Assembly: GCA_040398965.1 (NCBI GenBank)
Contig: JBBASZ010000008.1
Coordinates: 18,087-82,086, forward strand
Direction: 5' to 3'
DNA length: 64,000 nucleotides
Source of the DNA: Solirubrobacteraceae bacterium
GTDB taxonomy: Bacteria > Actinomycetota > Thermoleophilia > Solirubrobacterales > Solirubrobacteraceae
The first letter of the stretch is position 1; every line of letters begins with the position of its first letter. The translations under genes and the position numbers were made by a program. Shown piece by piece: positions 1 to 8,645 of this stretch. The notes under the pieces are model-generated. The model did no database searches and had not been told where the DNA came from. It saw only the letters and a program-made list of their open reading frames with translations.

Positions 1-985
1 ATCCGGCGAGTGCCTCGTCGGCGATCGCCTGGTCGCGCAGGACGAGTCGCAGGGGGCGCCGTTCGGCCGCGTCCAGGTAGCCGAACTGGAGCCTTCCGTC
101 GGGCGCTGTGCCGTCCGGGGGAAGGTCGGCCTCGGAGTCGAGCTCGGTGACCTCGAAGCACCGCTCGATCTCCGCCCTGAGGGCCTCGGAGCGGGCCGGA
201 TCGTCGAGGAGCCCCGAGACGAGGCGGTGCGTGGGAAAGACGGTCAGGCCCGGGTCCTCCAGGGCCACCAGGTTCATCAGGACGTAACGCTGGGGCCCTT
301 CGCCCCCGACCTCCTCGGCGTAGACACGAGCGGTCTCGTAACGGTGGTGGCCGTCGGCGATGAGCAGCTCCGAATCTTCCAGCACCTCCTGGAGGACCCC
401 TGTCGCCGTTCCGGCGGGGAGGCACCAGAGCCGGTTGACGGTGCCGTCGACGTCGGTCTGGGTGGCCCAGGGCTCGGACTCCGTAGCCTGCGCCAGGGCA
501 GCGGCCGCTCGGCCATCGGGGTCCGAATAGAGCGAGAAGATCGGGGAGAGGTTGGCCTGGGTCGCGCGGGTCAGGCGGAGGCGATCCTCCCTGGGGCCGG
601 GGTGGGTGCGCTCGTGGGGGCGAATCTTCCCGGGGCCGTAATCCTCGATCCGGACCGCGGCAAAGAAGCCGGTCCGCGTACGCGCCCGGCCATCGGGGCC
701 GGTGTAGTCCTGGGTCAGGGCCCAGAGGGCGGGCTCGGCCTCCTGTACGACCGCCCCATCGGCCTTCCACGAGTCGAGGATCCGGGCGGCCTCGGCGTAC
801 GGGTCGCCGCCGGGCTCGGCCGGTTCGGGAAGGTCGATCCGGACGACATTCCACGGTGACCGGGCCGCGAGGGCCTCCCGCTGCGCGGGGTCGATCACGT
901 CGTACGGGGGAGAGGTGACGGGGTCGAGCCCGCCGGTCATGTCGAGGTCGTAGTGGAGGGCCCCAAAGGGCTGAGCGTCGGCCAC
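1..985 (-). CDS. DUF1015 domain-containing protein (C-terminal end runs off the left edge of the window)
   Basis: Absent from the ORF track because there is no stop in the window. Hand translation of the minus strand from GTG (983-985) gives MADAQPFGALHYDLDMTGGLDPVTSPPYDVIDPAQREALAARSPWNVVRIDLPE...LIADGHHRYETARVYAEE. The PF..L.YD...PPYDVI N-terminus and DGHHRYETA string are what I associate with DUF1015. An in-frame TAG three codons upstream of the GTG bounds the start. Confidence 0.75.
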   Translation of the reverse strand, partial: MADAQPFGALHYDLDMTGGLDPVTSPPYDVIDPAQREALAARSPWNVVRIDLPEPAEPGGDPYAEAARILDSWKADGAVVQEAEPALWALTQDYTGPDGRARTRTGFFAAVRIEDYGPGKIRPHERTHPGPREDRLRLTRATQANLSPIFSLYSDPDGRAAAALAQATESEPWATQTDVDGTVNRLWCLPAGTATGVLQEVLEDSELLIADGHHRYETARVYAEEVGGEGPQRYVLMNLVALEDPGLTVFPTHRLVSGLLDDPARSEALRAEIERCFEVTELDSEADLPPDGTAPDGRLQFGYLDAAERRPLRLVLRDQAIADEALAG

Positions 986-991
986 GCGGCC

Positions 992-997
992 ACGCTA
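992..997 (-). promoter_or_regulatory. candidate -10 hexamer TAGCGT, 6 nt upstream of the DUF1015 GTG (leaderless-type)
   Basis: Minus-strand reading is cTAGCGTggccgcGTG. It fits the actinobacterial TANNNT -10 and the spacing expected if transcription starts at the start codon. Confidence 0.35.
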
Positions 998-1021
998 GAG
1001 GATTGCCGGCAGCGCCGGCCT

Positions 1022-1027
1022 TACCAT
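1022..1027 (+). promoter_or_regulatory. candidate -10 hexamer TACCAT, 9 nt upstream of the tRNA-Pro 5' end
   Basis: Sequence is ccTTACCATtgggcccat followed by CGGGGCG, the tRNA acceptor stem. It fits TANNNT and implies a very short 5' leader on the tRNA precursor. Confidence 0.3.
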
Positions 1028-1036
1028 TGGGCCCAT

Positions 1037-1110
1037 CGGGGCGTGGCGCAGCCTGGTAGCGCACCTGCTTTGGGAGCAGGGGGTCGCCGGTTCAAATCCG
1101 GCCGCCCCGA
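1037..1110 (+). tRNA. tRNA-Pro (anticodon TGG)
   Basis: Folded by hand into a 74-nt cloverleaf: acceptor CGGGGCG/CGCCCCG, D arm GCGC-AGCCTGGTA-GCGC, anticodon arm CCTGC-TTTGGGA-GCAGG, T arm GCCGG-TTCAAAT-CCGGC, discriminator A. No encoded CCA. Confidence 0.9.
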
Positions 1111-1138
1111 TAACCGGAGGTGGGCAGCTCCTGCCGGC

Positions 1139-2029
1139 TCAGGCGGAGGCTTCGGGAGCCGGGTCGGCCGCCAGGCGGTTGCGGCGGGCCATCAGCCAGG
1201 CGAAGGAGCCCCCCGTGACCCACATGAAGATTCCGTAGACCGCGGCGGGGACGGTCATCTCGCTGTCCAGCGACGCGCCGACGGCGATGGCCAGCGTCGC
1301 ATTGTGCAGCCCGAGCTCGAGAGCGATGGCCGTGGAGCTCTTCTCGTTCAGCTTCGCCGCACGCGAGATCAGGTAGCTCAGGCTCATGGCCAGGACGTTC
1401 AGGGCCACCACGGCGATGATCACGTCCCCCAGGTAGCCGGTGACCCGGCCCCACTCGCTGACGATCGCGGCGGCGATGATCAGCGCGAAGAGGACCAGCG
1501 AGACCGTCTTGAAGCGCCTCTCGTTACCGGCTGTCCACCCCGGAAAGCGGCTGCGGACGAGCATTCCCGCGATCAGCGGGATAAGCGTGATGGCCAGGAC
1601 ACGCGCGGCAATGGGGAGGACCTCGACGTCGTTGTCGACCCCGACGAGGTTGAACCAGGACGAGGCCACCGACAGGTAGAGGGGAACCGTGATTACGGCG
1701 AGCGCGCTGGAGAACCCGGTGAGGGTTACCGATAGCGCGGTCTCGCCGCGGGCGAGGTGGGTGAGGAGGTTGGCCATCGTTCCTCCGGGCGCGGCTGCGA
1801 GCAGCACGAGCCCCACAGCGAGAATCGGCGGCAGCCCGAACACCTCGGCCACGGCGATTCCGAGGAACGGCGCGAGCACGAGGAGGTTGGCCATCCCCAC
1901 GACCACTCCCCGGGGAGAGCGGAATACCCGGCGGAAGTCCTCCACGACCAGGCCCAGGCCCAGGGAGAACATGATGAAGACCAGCCCCAGCGGCAGGGCG
2001 ATCAGGGTTACCGGGTTCCCCTCTTCCAC
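1139..2029 (-). CDS. bile acid:sodium symporter (SBF/BASS) family transporter
   Basis: ORF track 1139..2029 (-), 296 aa, polytopic membrane protein. Strings such as LAAAPGGTMANLLTHLARGETALSVTLT are typical of the SBF-like family. GTG start. Confidence 0.75.
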   Translation of the reverse strand: MEEGNPVTLIALPLGLVFIMFSLGLGLVVEDFRRVFRSPRGVVVGMANLLVLAPFLGIAVAEVFGLPPILAVGLVLLAAAPGGTMANLLTHLARGETALSVTLTGFSSALAVITVPLYLSVASSWFNLVGVDNDVEVLPIAARVLAITLIPLIAGMLVRSRFPGWTAGNERRFKTVSLVLFALIIAAAIVSEWGRVTGYLGDVIIAVVALNVLAMSLSYLISRAAKLNEKSSTAIALELGLHNATLAIAVGASLDSEMTVPAAVYGIFMWVTGGSFAWLMARRNRLAADPAPEASA

Positions 2030-2035
2030 GCCGCG

Positions 2036-2041
2036 AGCCTA
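2036..2041 (-). promoter_or_regulatory. candidate -10 hexamer TAGGCT, 6 nt upstream of the transporter GTG (leaderless-type)
   Basis: Minus-strand reading is cgtaTAGGCTcgcggcGTG. Confidence 0.35.
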
Positions 2042-2121
2042 TACGGCAGGCCGGGACTGCCGGGTGACGACCGCCAGCCCTGCCGGTACCGTGGCCGTGC
2101 CGGGAGATCGGTCCCGGCCGA

Positions 2122-2195
2122 GCCCCTGTAGCTCAGCTGGATAGAGCAGCGGCCTTCTAAGCCGCAGGTCCCAGGTTCGAATCCTGGCGGGGGCA
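2122..2195 (+). tRNA. tRNA-Arg (anticodon TCT)
   Basis: 74-nt cloverleaf: acceptor GCCCCTG/CGGGGGC (one G-T pair), D arm GCTC-AGCTGGATA-GAGC, anticodon arm GCGGC-CTTCTAA-GCCGC, T arm CCAGG-TTCGAAT-CCTGG, discriminator A. No encoded CCA. Confidence 0.9.
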
Positions 2196-2245
2196 CTGGC
2201 CGCCCGGCCGGAGCGGGTTGGCAGCCCTTACACTTTCCCCAGCGC

Positions 2246-2319
2246 GGTGGGTGTAGCTCAGTTGGTAGAGCTCCTGGTTGTGGTCCAGGCGGTCGCGGGT
2301 TCGAGTCCCGTCACTCACC
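2246..2319 (+). tRNA. tRNA-His (anticodon GTG) with genome-encoded G-1
   Basis: G(-1) then acceptor GTGGGTG/CACTCAC, anticodon arm CCTGG-TTGTGGT-CCAGG, T arm GCGGG-TTCGAGT-CCCGT, discriminator C opposite G-1. No encoded CCA. Confidence 0.9.
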
Positions 2320-2473
2320 CTCACGGGCGCGCCTGAGCCGGGCCCGGGCCGTCGCGGCAGCGAAGGAAGCGATGTCGAGCGCGGCTGCTGCCCCGTGCCC
2401 GACCGGGCCGGTGGCCAGCCAGGCGGCGAGCCGGCGGCGGAAAGGCAGGCTCTCGGGGGCCATGGCCTGACGC

Positions 2474-2479
2474 TATCGT
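2474..2479 (+). promoter_or_regulatory. candidate -10 hexamer TATCGT, 7 nt upstream of in-frame GTG 2487 (leaderless-type, tig)
   Basis: Sequence is gcTATCGTgccgccgGTGccg. The hexamer overlaps the first GTG of the ORF (2478), which favours the GTG at 2487 as the real start. Confidence 0.3.
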
Positions 2480-2486
2480 GCCGCCG

Positions 2487-3788
2487 GTGCCGGAAGTCAC
2501 TGCCACGCTGACCGAGCTGCCCGAATCGCGCGTTCGCGTCGAGGCCGAGGTCTCGGCCGACGAGGTCTCCAGGCGCGTCGACCAGGCGGCGCGCTCCCTC
2601 GGCCGGGACATGAAGATGGCCGGCTTCCGCAAGGGGAAGGTCCCGCCGGACATGATCATCCAGCGGCTCGGCCGGGACATGGTTCTCGACGAGGCCGTTC
2701 GCGGGTCGATCGGATCCTGGTACGGCGAGGCCGTGGACGGGCTGCGCCTCCACACCGTCGGGCAGCCCGAGCTCGAGGTCGGCGAGCTTCCAGGGGCCGG
2801 CGAGCCGCTCGGCTTCAGCTTCGAGATCGGCGTTCGCCCGGTGGCGAAGCTCGGTAACTACAGGGGGCTCAAGGTCGAGCGCCGCGAGCCGCAGGCCGGC
2901 GAGGAAGCGGTCGACGAGCAGATCGAGGAGCTCCGCAGCCGCATGGCCAGCCTCGAGACGGTCGAAGAGCCGGCGGCCGAGGGCGACTTCGTGCTGATGG
3001 ACTTCAAGGGCTCGATCGACGGCGAGCCGTTCGAGGGGGGAGAGGGGTCCGGGCAGCTGGTCGAGCTCGGCTCAGGGCGCCTCATTCCCGGCTTCGAGGA
3101 GCAGCTCGCCGGCGCCGCGGCCGGAGACGAGAGGACGGTATCGGTCAAGTTTCCCGACGACTACGGGGCCGAGCACCTCGCCGGCCGTGACGCGAGCTTC
3201 GAGGTGAAGGTGGCCGAGGTCAGGCGCCAGTCCCTGCCCGAGCTCGACGACGAGTTTGCCGAGAGCGCCGCCGGTTTCGAGACGCTCGCAGAGCTCAGGG
3301 AGGACGTTGCCACCCGCCTGCTGGAGGCCGACCGCGAGCAGGCGGAGGCCGAGTTCCAGGAGGCAGTGCTCGATGCGGCCGTGGACGGGTCGAAGGTCGA
3401 GGTCCCGGACGCCCTCGTCGAGGCGCGCGCCCGCGAGCTGCTGGACCGCATGCTCCACCGGCTCTCCCACCAGGGGATTAGCCGGGAGATGTACCTCCAG
3501 ATCTCGGGCCAGAGCGAGGAAGAGCTGGTCGCCGAGAGCGCCGAGGAGGCAAAGAAGACCCTCCAGCGCGAGGCGGTACTGGCCGCGGTGGTCGAGGAAG
3601 AGGGGATCGAGCCCTCCGACGGCGACGTGCTGGACGCTCTCCAGGGGCCGGCGCTGCAGGAGAAGATGAGTCCCCAGAAGCTGCGCAAGCAGCTCGAGAA
3701 GGCCGGCCGGCTGGACGATCTCAAGGACGACCTCGCCCAGCGCGCCGCCCTCGACTTCCTGGTCGAAAACGCAGTCGCCACGGGCTGA
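2487..3788 (+). CDS. tig: trigger factor
   Basis: ORF track 2478..3788. N-terminal ribosome-binding signature AGFRKGKVP, then FKBP-like and C-terminal chaperone regions. Sits directly upstream of clpP-clpX as in most bacteria. Start is either 2478 or 2487; 2487 is preferred from promoter geometry. Confidence 0.9.
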   Translation: MPEVTATLTELPESRVRVEAEVSADEVSRRVDQAARSLGRDMKMAGFRKGKVPPDMIIQRLGRDMVLDEAVRGSIGSWYGEAVDGLRLHTVGQPELEVGELPGAGEPLGFSFEIGVRPVAKLGNYRGLKVERREPQAGEEAVDEQIEELRSRMASLETVEEPAAEGDFVLMDFKGSIDGEPFEGGEGSGQLVELGSGRLIPGFEEQLAGAAAGDERTVSVKFPDDYGAEHLAGRDASFEVKVAEVRRQSLPELDDEFAESAAGFETLAELREDVATRLLEADREQAEAEFQEAVLDAAVDGSKVEVPDALVEARARELLDRMLHRLSHQGISREMYLQISGQSEEELVAESAEEAKKTLQREAVLAAVVEEEGIEPSDGDVLDALQGPALQEKMSPQKLRKQLEKAGRLDDLKDDLAQRAALDFLVENAVATG

Positions 3789-3798
3789 TCAGGCCCTC

Positions 3799-3826
3799 CT
3801 GACGGCCGCCGGGCCGTTGCTACTGT
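3799..3826 (+). promoter_or_regulatory. candidate sigma-70-type promoter for clpP (CTGACG-N16-TACTGT) with a leader of roughly 65 nt
   Basis: The hexamers were read directly. A Shine-Dalgarno-like AAGAGG (3883-3888) lies 8 nt before the clpP ATG, so clpP looks leadered, unlike most units in this window. Confidence 0.3.
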
Positions 3827-3896
3827 TCGCTTCCAGCCTGCCAGCGCCGTTGCACTCGGCAGGAATCCGACAGCGACACCGAAAGAGGCACCGACC

Positions 3897-4481
3897 ATGA
3901 GCCCACTTGTCCCGATGGTGGTCGAGCAGACGTCGCGCGGCGAACGCGCCTTCGACATCTACTCGCGCCTTCTCAACGAGCGCATCATCTTCCTCGGGAC
4001 GCCCGTGGATGACCAGATCGCCAACCTGATCGTCGCGCAGCTCCTCCACCTCGAGTCCCAGGACCCCGAGAAGGACATCTCCCTTTACATCAATTCACCG
4101 GGAGGCTCGGTCTACTCGGGCCTGGCCATCTACGACACGATGCAGTTCATCAAGCCCGACGTGCAGACGATCTGCGTCGGGATCGCGATGTCGATGGGCG
4201 CCCTGCTGCTCGCCGGCGGCGCCAAGGGCAAGCGTATGGCGCTGCCCAACGCCAAGATCCTGATCCACCAGGTCAGCTCAGGCTTCCAGGGCCAGGCGAC
4301 CGATATCGAGATCCACGCCAAGGAGATCATCGACGTCCGGCAGCGTCTCGACCACATCCTTGCCGAGCACACCGGCCAGGACTACGAGAAGGTCCGTGAG
4401 GACACCGAGCGCGACTACTTCATGTCGGCCGAGGAGGCCAAGGAGTACGGGCTGATCGACAGGGTGATCGCCCAGCACTAG
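3897..4481 (+). CDS. clpP: ATP-dependent Clp protease proteolytic subunit
   Basis: ORF track, 194 aa. [30 protein letters not shown] (catalytic Ser context) and ILIHQ (His). Confidence 0.95.
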   Translation: MSPLVPMVVEQTSRGERAFDIYSRLLNERIIFLGTPVDDQIANLIVAQLLHLESQDPEKDISLYINSPGGSVYSGLAIYDTMQFIKPDVQTICVGIAMSMGALLLAGGAKGKRMALPNAKILIHQVSSGFQGQATDIEIHAKEIIDVRQRLDHILAEHTGQDYEKVREDTERDYFMSAEEAKEYGLIDRVIAQH

Positions 4482-4502
4482 CGGCCGGGCAGGGGGAGAG
4501 AG

Positions 4503-5777
4503 ATGGCGCGGCCGACCGACAGCAACGAGCAGCTTCTCTGCAGCTTCTGCGGGAAGTCCCAGCGCCAGGTCAAGAAGCTGATCGCCGGCCCGGGCGTCTA
4601 CATCTGCGACGAGTGCATCGACCTCTGCAACGAGATCATCGACGAGGAGCTGACGGCTCCCTCCAGCTTCGATATCGAGAACCTGCCCCGCCCGAAGGAG
4701 ATCTGCGGGGTGCTCGACGAATACGTGGTGGGGCAGGGCGAGGCCAAGCGCGCCCTCTCGGTCGCGGTTTACAACCACTACAAGCGGATCCAGATGGCTC
4801 AGGCCGGCGAGGCCGAGATCGAGCTGGACAAGTCGAACATCCTCCTGCTCGGCCCGACCGGTTGCGGCAAGACGCTGCTCGCCCAGACGCTTGCGCGGAT
4901 CCTCAACGTCCCGTTCGCGATCGCCGACGCCACGGCACTCACCGAGGCGGGCTACGTCGGCGAGGACGTCGAGAACATCCTCCTCAAGCTCATCCAGGCC
5001 GCCGACTACGACGTCAGCCGGGCCGAGACGGGGATCATCTACATCGACGAGGTCGACAAGATCGCGCGCAAGGCCGACAACCCCTCGATCACCCGCGATG
5101 TCTCGGGGGAGGGCGTCCAGCAGGCCCTCCTGAAGATTCTCGAGGGAACGACGGCAAGCGTGCCTCCCCAGGGCGGGCGCAAGCATCCCCATCAGGAGTT
5201 CCTCACGATCGACACCACCAACATCCTCTTCATCTGCGGCGGGGCCTTCGCCAACCTCGACCAGGTGATCGAGAAGCGGATCGGCAACCAGGGGATCGGC
5301 TTCGGCGCCCAGCTGAGCGCTGCGGCAGAGCAGGATCCCGGCCGGGTCTTTGCCCAGTGCCTGCCCGAGGACCTCGTCAACTACGGGCTGATTCCCGAAT
5401 TCATCGGCCGCCTGCCGGTCACCAGCGCCGTCCACCAGCTGACCCGGGAGGACCTGATCTCGATCCTCACTGAGCCCAAGAACGCACTGACCCGCCAGTT
5501 CCAGACCTTCTTCTCCTTCGACGACATCGAGCTGGTCTTCTCCGACGACTCGCTCGTGTCGATCGCCGACCGGGCCCTGGACCGCGACACCGGTGCCCGC
5601 GGCCTGCGCTCGATCATCGAAGAGATCCTCCTCGAGGTGCAGTTCGAACTCCCGTCCAGGCGGGATGTGCGCAAGTGCGTGGTGACCCGCGAGACCGTCG
5701 AAAACGGCCTTCCCCCGACGCTGGTCACCGAGGCGGTCGACGGCGATGACGAGCAGCCGCTCTCGGCGGCGGGCTGA
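4503..5777 (+). CDS. clpX: ATP-dependent Clp protease ATP-binding subunit ClpX
   Basis: ORF track, 424 aa. N-terminal zinc ribbon CSFCGK...CDEC, Walker A GPTGCGKT, sensor and IGF-loop regions. Confidence 0.95.
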   Translation: MARPTDSNEQLLCSFCGKSQRQVKKLIAGPGVYICDECIDLCNEIIDEELTAPSSFDIENLPRPKEICGVLDEYVVGQGEAKRALSVAVYNHYKRIQMAQAGEAEIELDKSNILLLGPTGCGKTLLAQTLARILNVPFAIADATALTEAGYVGEDVENILLKLIQAADYDVSRAETGIIYIDEVDKIARKADNPSITRDVSGEGVQQALLKILEGTTASVPPQGGRKHPHQEFLTIDTTNILFICGGAFANLDQVIEKRIGNQGIGFGAQLSAAAEQDPGRVFAQCLPEDLVNYGLIPEFIGRLPVTSAVHQLTREDLISILTEPKNALTRQFQTFFSFDDIELVFSDDSLVSIADRALDRDTGARGLRSIIEEILLEVQFELPSRRDVRKCVVTRETVENGLPPTLVTEAVDGDDEQPLSAAG

Positions 5778-5779
5778 CC

Positions 5780-6043
5780 GTGCCGAGGCTTCCGGTAAAG
5801 AGCGTCTACTGGATGCTGGTGGCCCAGGCAGGTGTTGTCGTGGTCGATCACCTCAGGCGCCTGGACGCCGACGACCGCGACGAAGCGCTGCGGATCCTTC
5901 GCGACTCCAGGGGCCTTCCCAACCGGATGAACGACAGCGAGCGCCAGCGGCTCGTCTCGATCGCCCGCAAGATCGACCACAGGGCGCTGCTTGCGGACCT
6001 CGCGCCGCTCGGCTCCTCCGGCGTGCGTAACTGGCGCCGCTGA
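5780..6043 (+). CDS. hypothetical protein (87 aa)
   Basis: ORF track 5780..6043. GTG starts 2 nt after the clpX stop. Third-codon positions are overwhelmingly G/C in this frame, read codon by codon. I recognise no motif. Confidence 0.4.
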   Translation: MPRLPVKSVYWMLVAQAGVVVVDHLRRLDADDRDEALRILRDSRGLPNRMNDSERQRLVSIARKIDHRALLADLAPLGSSGVRNWRR

Positions 6044-6068
6044 GCCGCGCCCGGCCGGCGCGTCGCCT

Positions 6069-6074
6069 TAGACT
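6069..6074 (+). promoter_or_regulatory. candidate -10 hexamer TAGACT, 8 nt upstream of the valS GTG (leaderless-type)
   Basis: Sequence is ccTTAGACTgcgccgccGTGgcc. Confidence 0.35.
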
Positions 6075-6082
6075 GCGCCGCC

Positions 6083-8626
6083 GTGGCCAACCTGAGTGAA
6101 CAGAAGCGCTTCGAGCCCTCGAAGGCCGAGCCGCGGATCATGGAGGCTTGGCTGGAGAGCGGCCTCTTCCACGCTCCGGCCACCGGGACGGCCGCCGACA
6201 ATTACTCGATAGCCATCCCGCCCCCCAACGTCACCGGGGCGCTCCACATGGGCCATGCGCTGAACGGCTCGATCCAGGACGTCCTGATCCGCTATCACCG
6301 CATGCGCGGAACGAACACCGAGTGGATCCTGGGCACCGACCACGCCGGCATCGCCACACAGACCCAGGTCGAGAAGCGGCTGGTCGAGGAGGGAAGCTCG
6401 CGGGAAGGGCTTGGCCGCGATGCCTTCGTCGAGCGGGTCTGGGAGTGGCGGCGTGAGTACGGCGGGACGATCATCGAGCAGTTTGCGCGGCTCGGGGCCT
6501 CCTGCGACTACGGGCGCGAGCGCTTCACCCTCGATGAGGGCTATGAGCGGGCCGTGCGGCAGGTCTTCTGCGACCTCTACGCGGAGGGTGCGATCTACCG
6601 GGACAACTACATGGTCAACTGGGACCCGGGCAGCCGTTCGGCGATCTCCGACCTGGAGGTCGAGGAGCGGGAGGTCACCGACACGCTCTACTCGATCGCC
6701 TATCCGCTGGCCGACGGCGACGGTGAGGTCGTCGTGGCCACGGTCCGGCCGGAGACGATGCTCGCGGACACCGCGGTAGCGGTGAATCCTTCAGACGAGC
6801 GCTTCTCAGGGCTTGTCGGCCGCCGCGTCATCGTCCCGCTCACCGGGCGCGAGGTGGAGGTGATCGCCGACGACTACGTCAAGACCGATTTCGGTACCGG
6901 CGCGCTGAAGATCACCCCGGGCCACGACCCGAACGACTTCGAGATCGGCAGGCGCCACGGCCTGGAGGAGCTGACGGCGATCGGCGAGGACGGCCGCATG
7001 ACGGAGCTGGCCGGGGAGTTTGCCGGCCTGACGGTCGCAGAGGCCCAGGGTGAGGTGGTGGAAGCCCTCCGCGCGCAGGGACTGCTCCGCGCCGAAGAGC
7101 CCTACCCGCACACAGTGCCCTTCTCGCACCGCTCGGGAGAGCGGATCGAGCCCCTCATCTCGCTCCAGTGGTTCATGCGGATGGACGAGCTTGCGCCACC
7201 GGCGATCGACGCGGTCCGGGACGGAAGGGTTCGCATCCACCCCGAAAGCCAGGCACGCCGCTACACCGACTGGCTGGAGAACATCCGCCCCTGGTGTATC
7301 TCCCGGCAGCTCTGGTGGGGCCACCGGCTGCCGGTCTGGTATCGGGGCGAGGAGACCTGGGTGGGGATGGGCGAGCCGGAGGGTGAGGGCTGGGTGCAGG
7401 AGGAGGACGTCCTCGATACCTGGTTCAGCTCTGCGCTCTGGCCTTTCGCCACGCTCGGCTGGCCCGACCAGACCCCGGAGATGAAGGCCTTCTACCCGAC
7501 CGACGTCCTCTCGACGGCGCGGGACATCCTCTTCCTCTGGGTCGCGCGGATGGTGATGATGGGACTCAGGTTCACCGGCGACGTGCCGTTCAGCGACGTC
7601 TACGTCCACCCGGTCATCCAGGCGCCCGACGGCCGGAGGATGAGCAAGTCGCTGGGCACGGGAATCGACCCGATCGACGAGATCGACGCCCACGGCGCCG
7701 ACGCCGTCCGCTTCGGCCTGCTCGCCATGGCCTCCACCCAGGACGTTCGCTACTCGCGCGAGCGCGTCGAGCAGGGAGAGGCACTGGCCACCAAGCTCTT
7801 CAACGCTTCGCGTTTCGTCCTGCTGAACGTCGAGGCGGGGGCGCCGGCCGAGCTGCCGCCGGCGGAGTCGATGAGCGTCGAGGACCGCTGGATCTGCTCC
7901 CGGCTGCAGCGGGTGGTCCAGGAGACCGGCGAGAGGATCGAGGCCTTTGAGTTCTCCCGGGCCGCGTTTGGCCTTTACGACTTCGTCTACGGAGAGCTCT
8001 GCGACTGGTACCTCGAGATGGTCAAGGGGCGGGAGTTCGATCGCGAGCTGTCGGCGACCCTCCTGCACGTCCTTCGGACGACGCTCGCCATGGCCCATCC
8101 GTTCATTCCATTCGTCACGGAGGAGCTCTGGGAAGCCACGCCCGGAACCGAAGGCCTGCTGGCCGGCGCGGCGTGGCCGGAGGTCGACCAGGCGCGGCTG
8201 GACCCCGAGGCCGAGCAGCGCATAGAGGCCGTCATCGGCGCGGTCACCGAACTTCGCTCCTGGCGCAGCTCGGCGAAGGTCGCCCCGTCGAAGGTCCTGG
8301 GCGCCCAGATCGACTCCGCGCGCCTCGACGCGGACCGGGAGATGGTCCTGCGGCTGGCGCGCCTCGACGAGGAGGGCTTCGAAGGCGAAGTCACCGCCAC
8401 CATCGCGGTTCCCGGAGGGACGATCGAGATCACCGCAGGAGACGCGGTGGACCTCGAGGCCCAGGAGAGAGAGCTGGGCGAGCGCCGCCGGCGGCTCGAA
8501 GGCGAGATTGCGCGGGCCGAGGGCAAGCTGGCCAACGAGGGCTTCACCTCGAAGGCACCGCCCGAGCTCGTCGGTGCCGAGCGCGAGAAGCTCGAGCGCC
8601 TTCGCGACGAGCTCGCGGCCCTCTGA
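6083..8626 (+). CDS. valS: valine--tRNA ligase
   Basis: ORF track, 847 aa. Class I motifs HMGHAL (HIGH) and RMSKSLG (KMSKS), editing domain, C-terminal coiled coil. Confidence 0.95.
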   Translation: MANLSEQKRFEPSKAEPRIMEAWLESGLFHAPATGTAADNYSIAIPPPNVTGALHMGHALNGSIQDVLIRYHRMRGTNTEWILGTDHAGIATQTQVEKRLVEEGSSREGLGRDAFVERVWEWRREYGGTIIEQFARLGASCDYGRERFTLDEGYERAVRQVFCDLYAEGAIYRDNYMVNWDPGSRSAISDLEVEEREVTDTLYSIAYPLADGDGEVVVATVRPETMLADTAVAVNPSDERFSGLVGRRVIVPLTGREVEVIADDYVKTDFGTGALKITPGHDPNDFEIGRRHGLEELTAIGEDGRMTELAGEFAGLTVAEAQGEVVEALRAQGLLRAEEPYPHTVPFSHRSGERIEPLISLQWFMRMDELAPPAIDAVRDGRVRIHPESQARRYTDWLENIRPWCISRQLWWGHRLPVWYRGEETWVGMGEPEGEGWVQEEDVLDTWFSSALWPFATLGWPDQTPEMKAFYPTDVLSTARDILFLWVARMVMMGLRFTGDVPFSDVYVHPVIQAPDGRRMSKSLGTGIDPIDEIDAHGADAVRFGLLAMASTQDVRYSRERVEQGEALATKLFNASRFVLLNVEAGAPAELPPAESMSVEDRWICSRLQRVVQETGERIEAFEFSRAAFGLYDFVYGELCDWYLEMVKGREFDRELSATLLHVLRTTLAMAHPFIPFVTEELWEATPGTEGLLAGAAWPEVDQARLDPEAEQRIEAVIGAVTELRSWRSSAKVAPSKVLGAQIDSARLDADREMVLRLARLDEEGFEGEVTATIAVPGGTIEITAGDAVDLEAQERELGERRRRLEGEIARAEGKLANEGFTSKAPPELVGAEREKLERLRDELAAL

Positions 8627-8645
8627 GCCGGTGGGAGGCGGGGCG

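Noticed and set aside
227-1735. Plus-strand ORFs 227..859 and 953..1735 from the track.
   Set aside because: 227..859 is antisense to the DUF1015 gene, whose translation is clearly family-like. 953..1735 runs through tRNA-Pro and is antisense to the SBF transporter.
1037-2319. tRNA-Pro ... transporter ... tRNA-Arg/tRNA-His as a tRNA-targeted genomic islet.
   Set aside because: I could find no integrase, no direct repeat of a tRNA 3' end, and no shift in composition. A single transporter gene between tRNA genes is not evidence of mobility.
3825-3838. GTTCGCttccaGCC upstream of clpP as a possible ClgR operator.
   Set aside because: Only the first half-site resembles the ClgR-type inverted repeat as I remember it. 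The second half is not complementary, so the evidence is too weak to report as a site.
5778-6082. Possible T-box riboswitch or other leader upstream of valS.
   Set aside because: I could not find the conserved T-box sequence (AANNNGGGUGGUACCGCG-like) or a specifier/antiterminator arrangement. The stretch has coding-like GC3 periodicity, and a -10 hexamer sits only 8 nt before the valS GTG.
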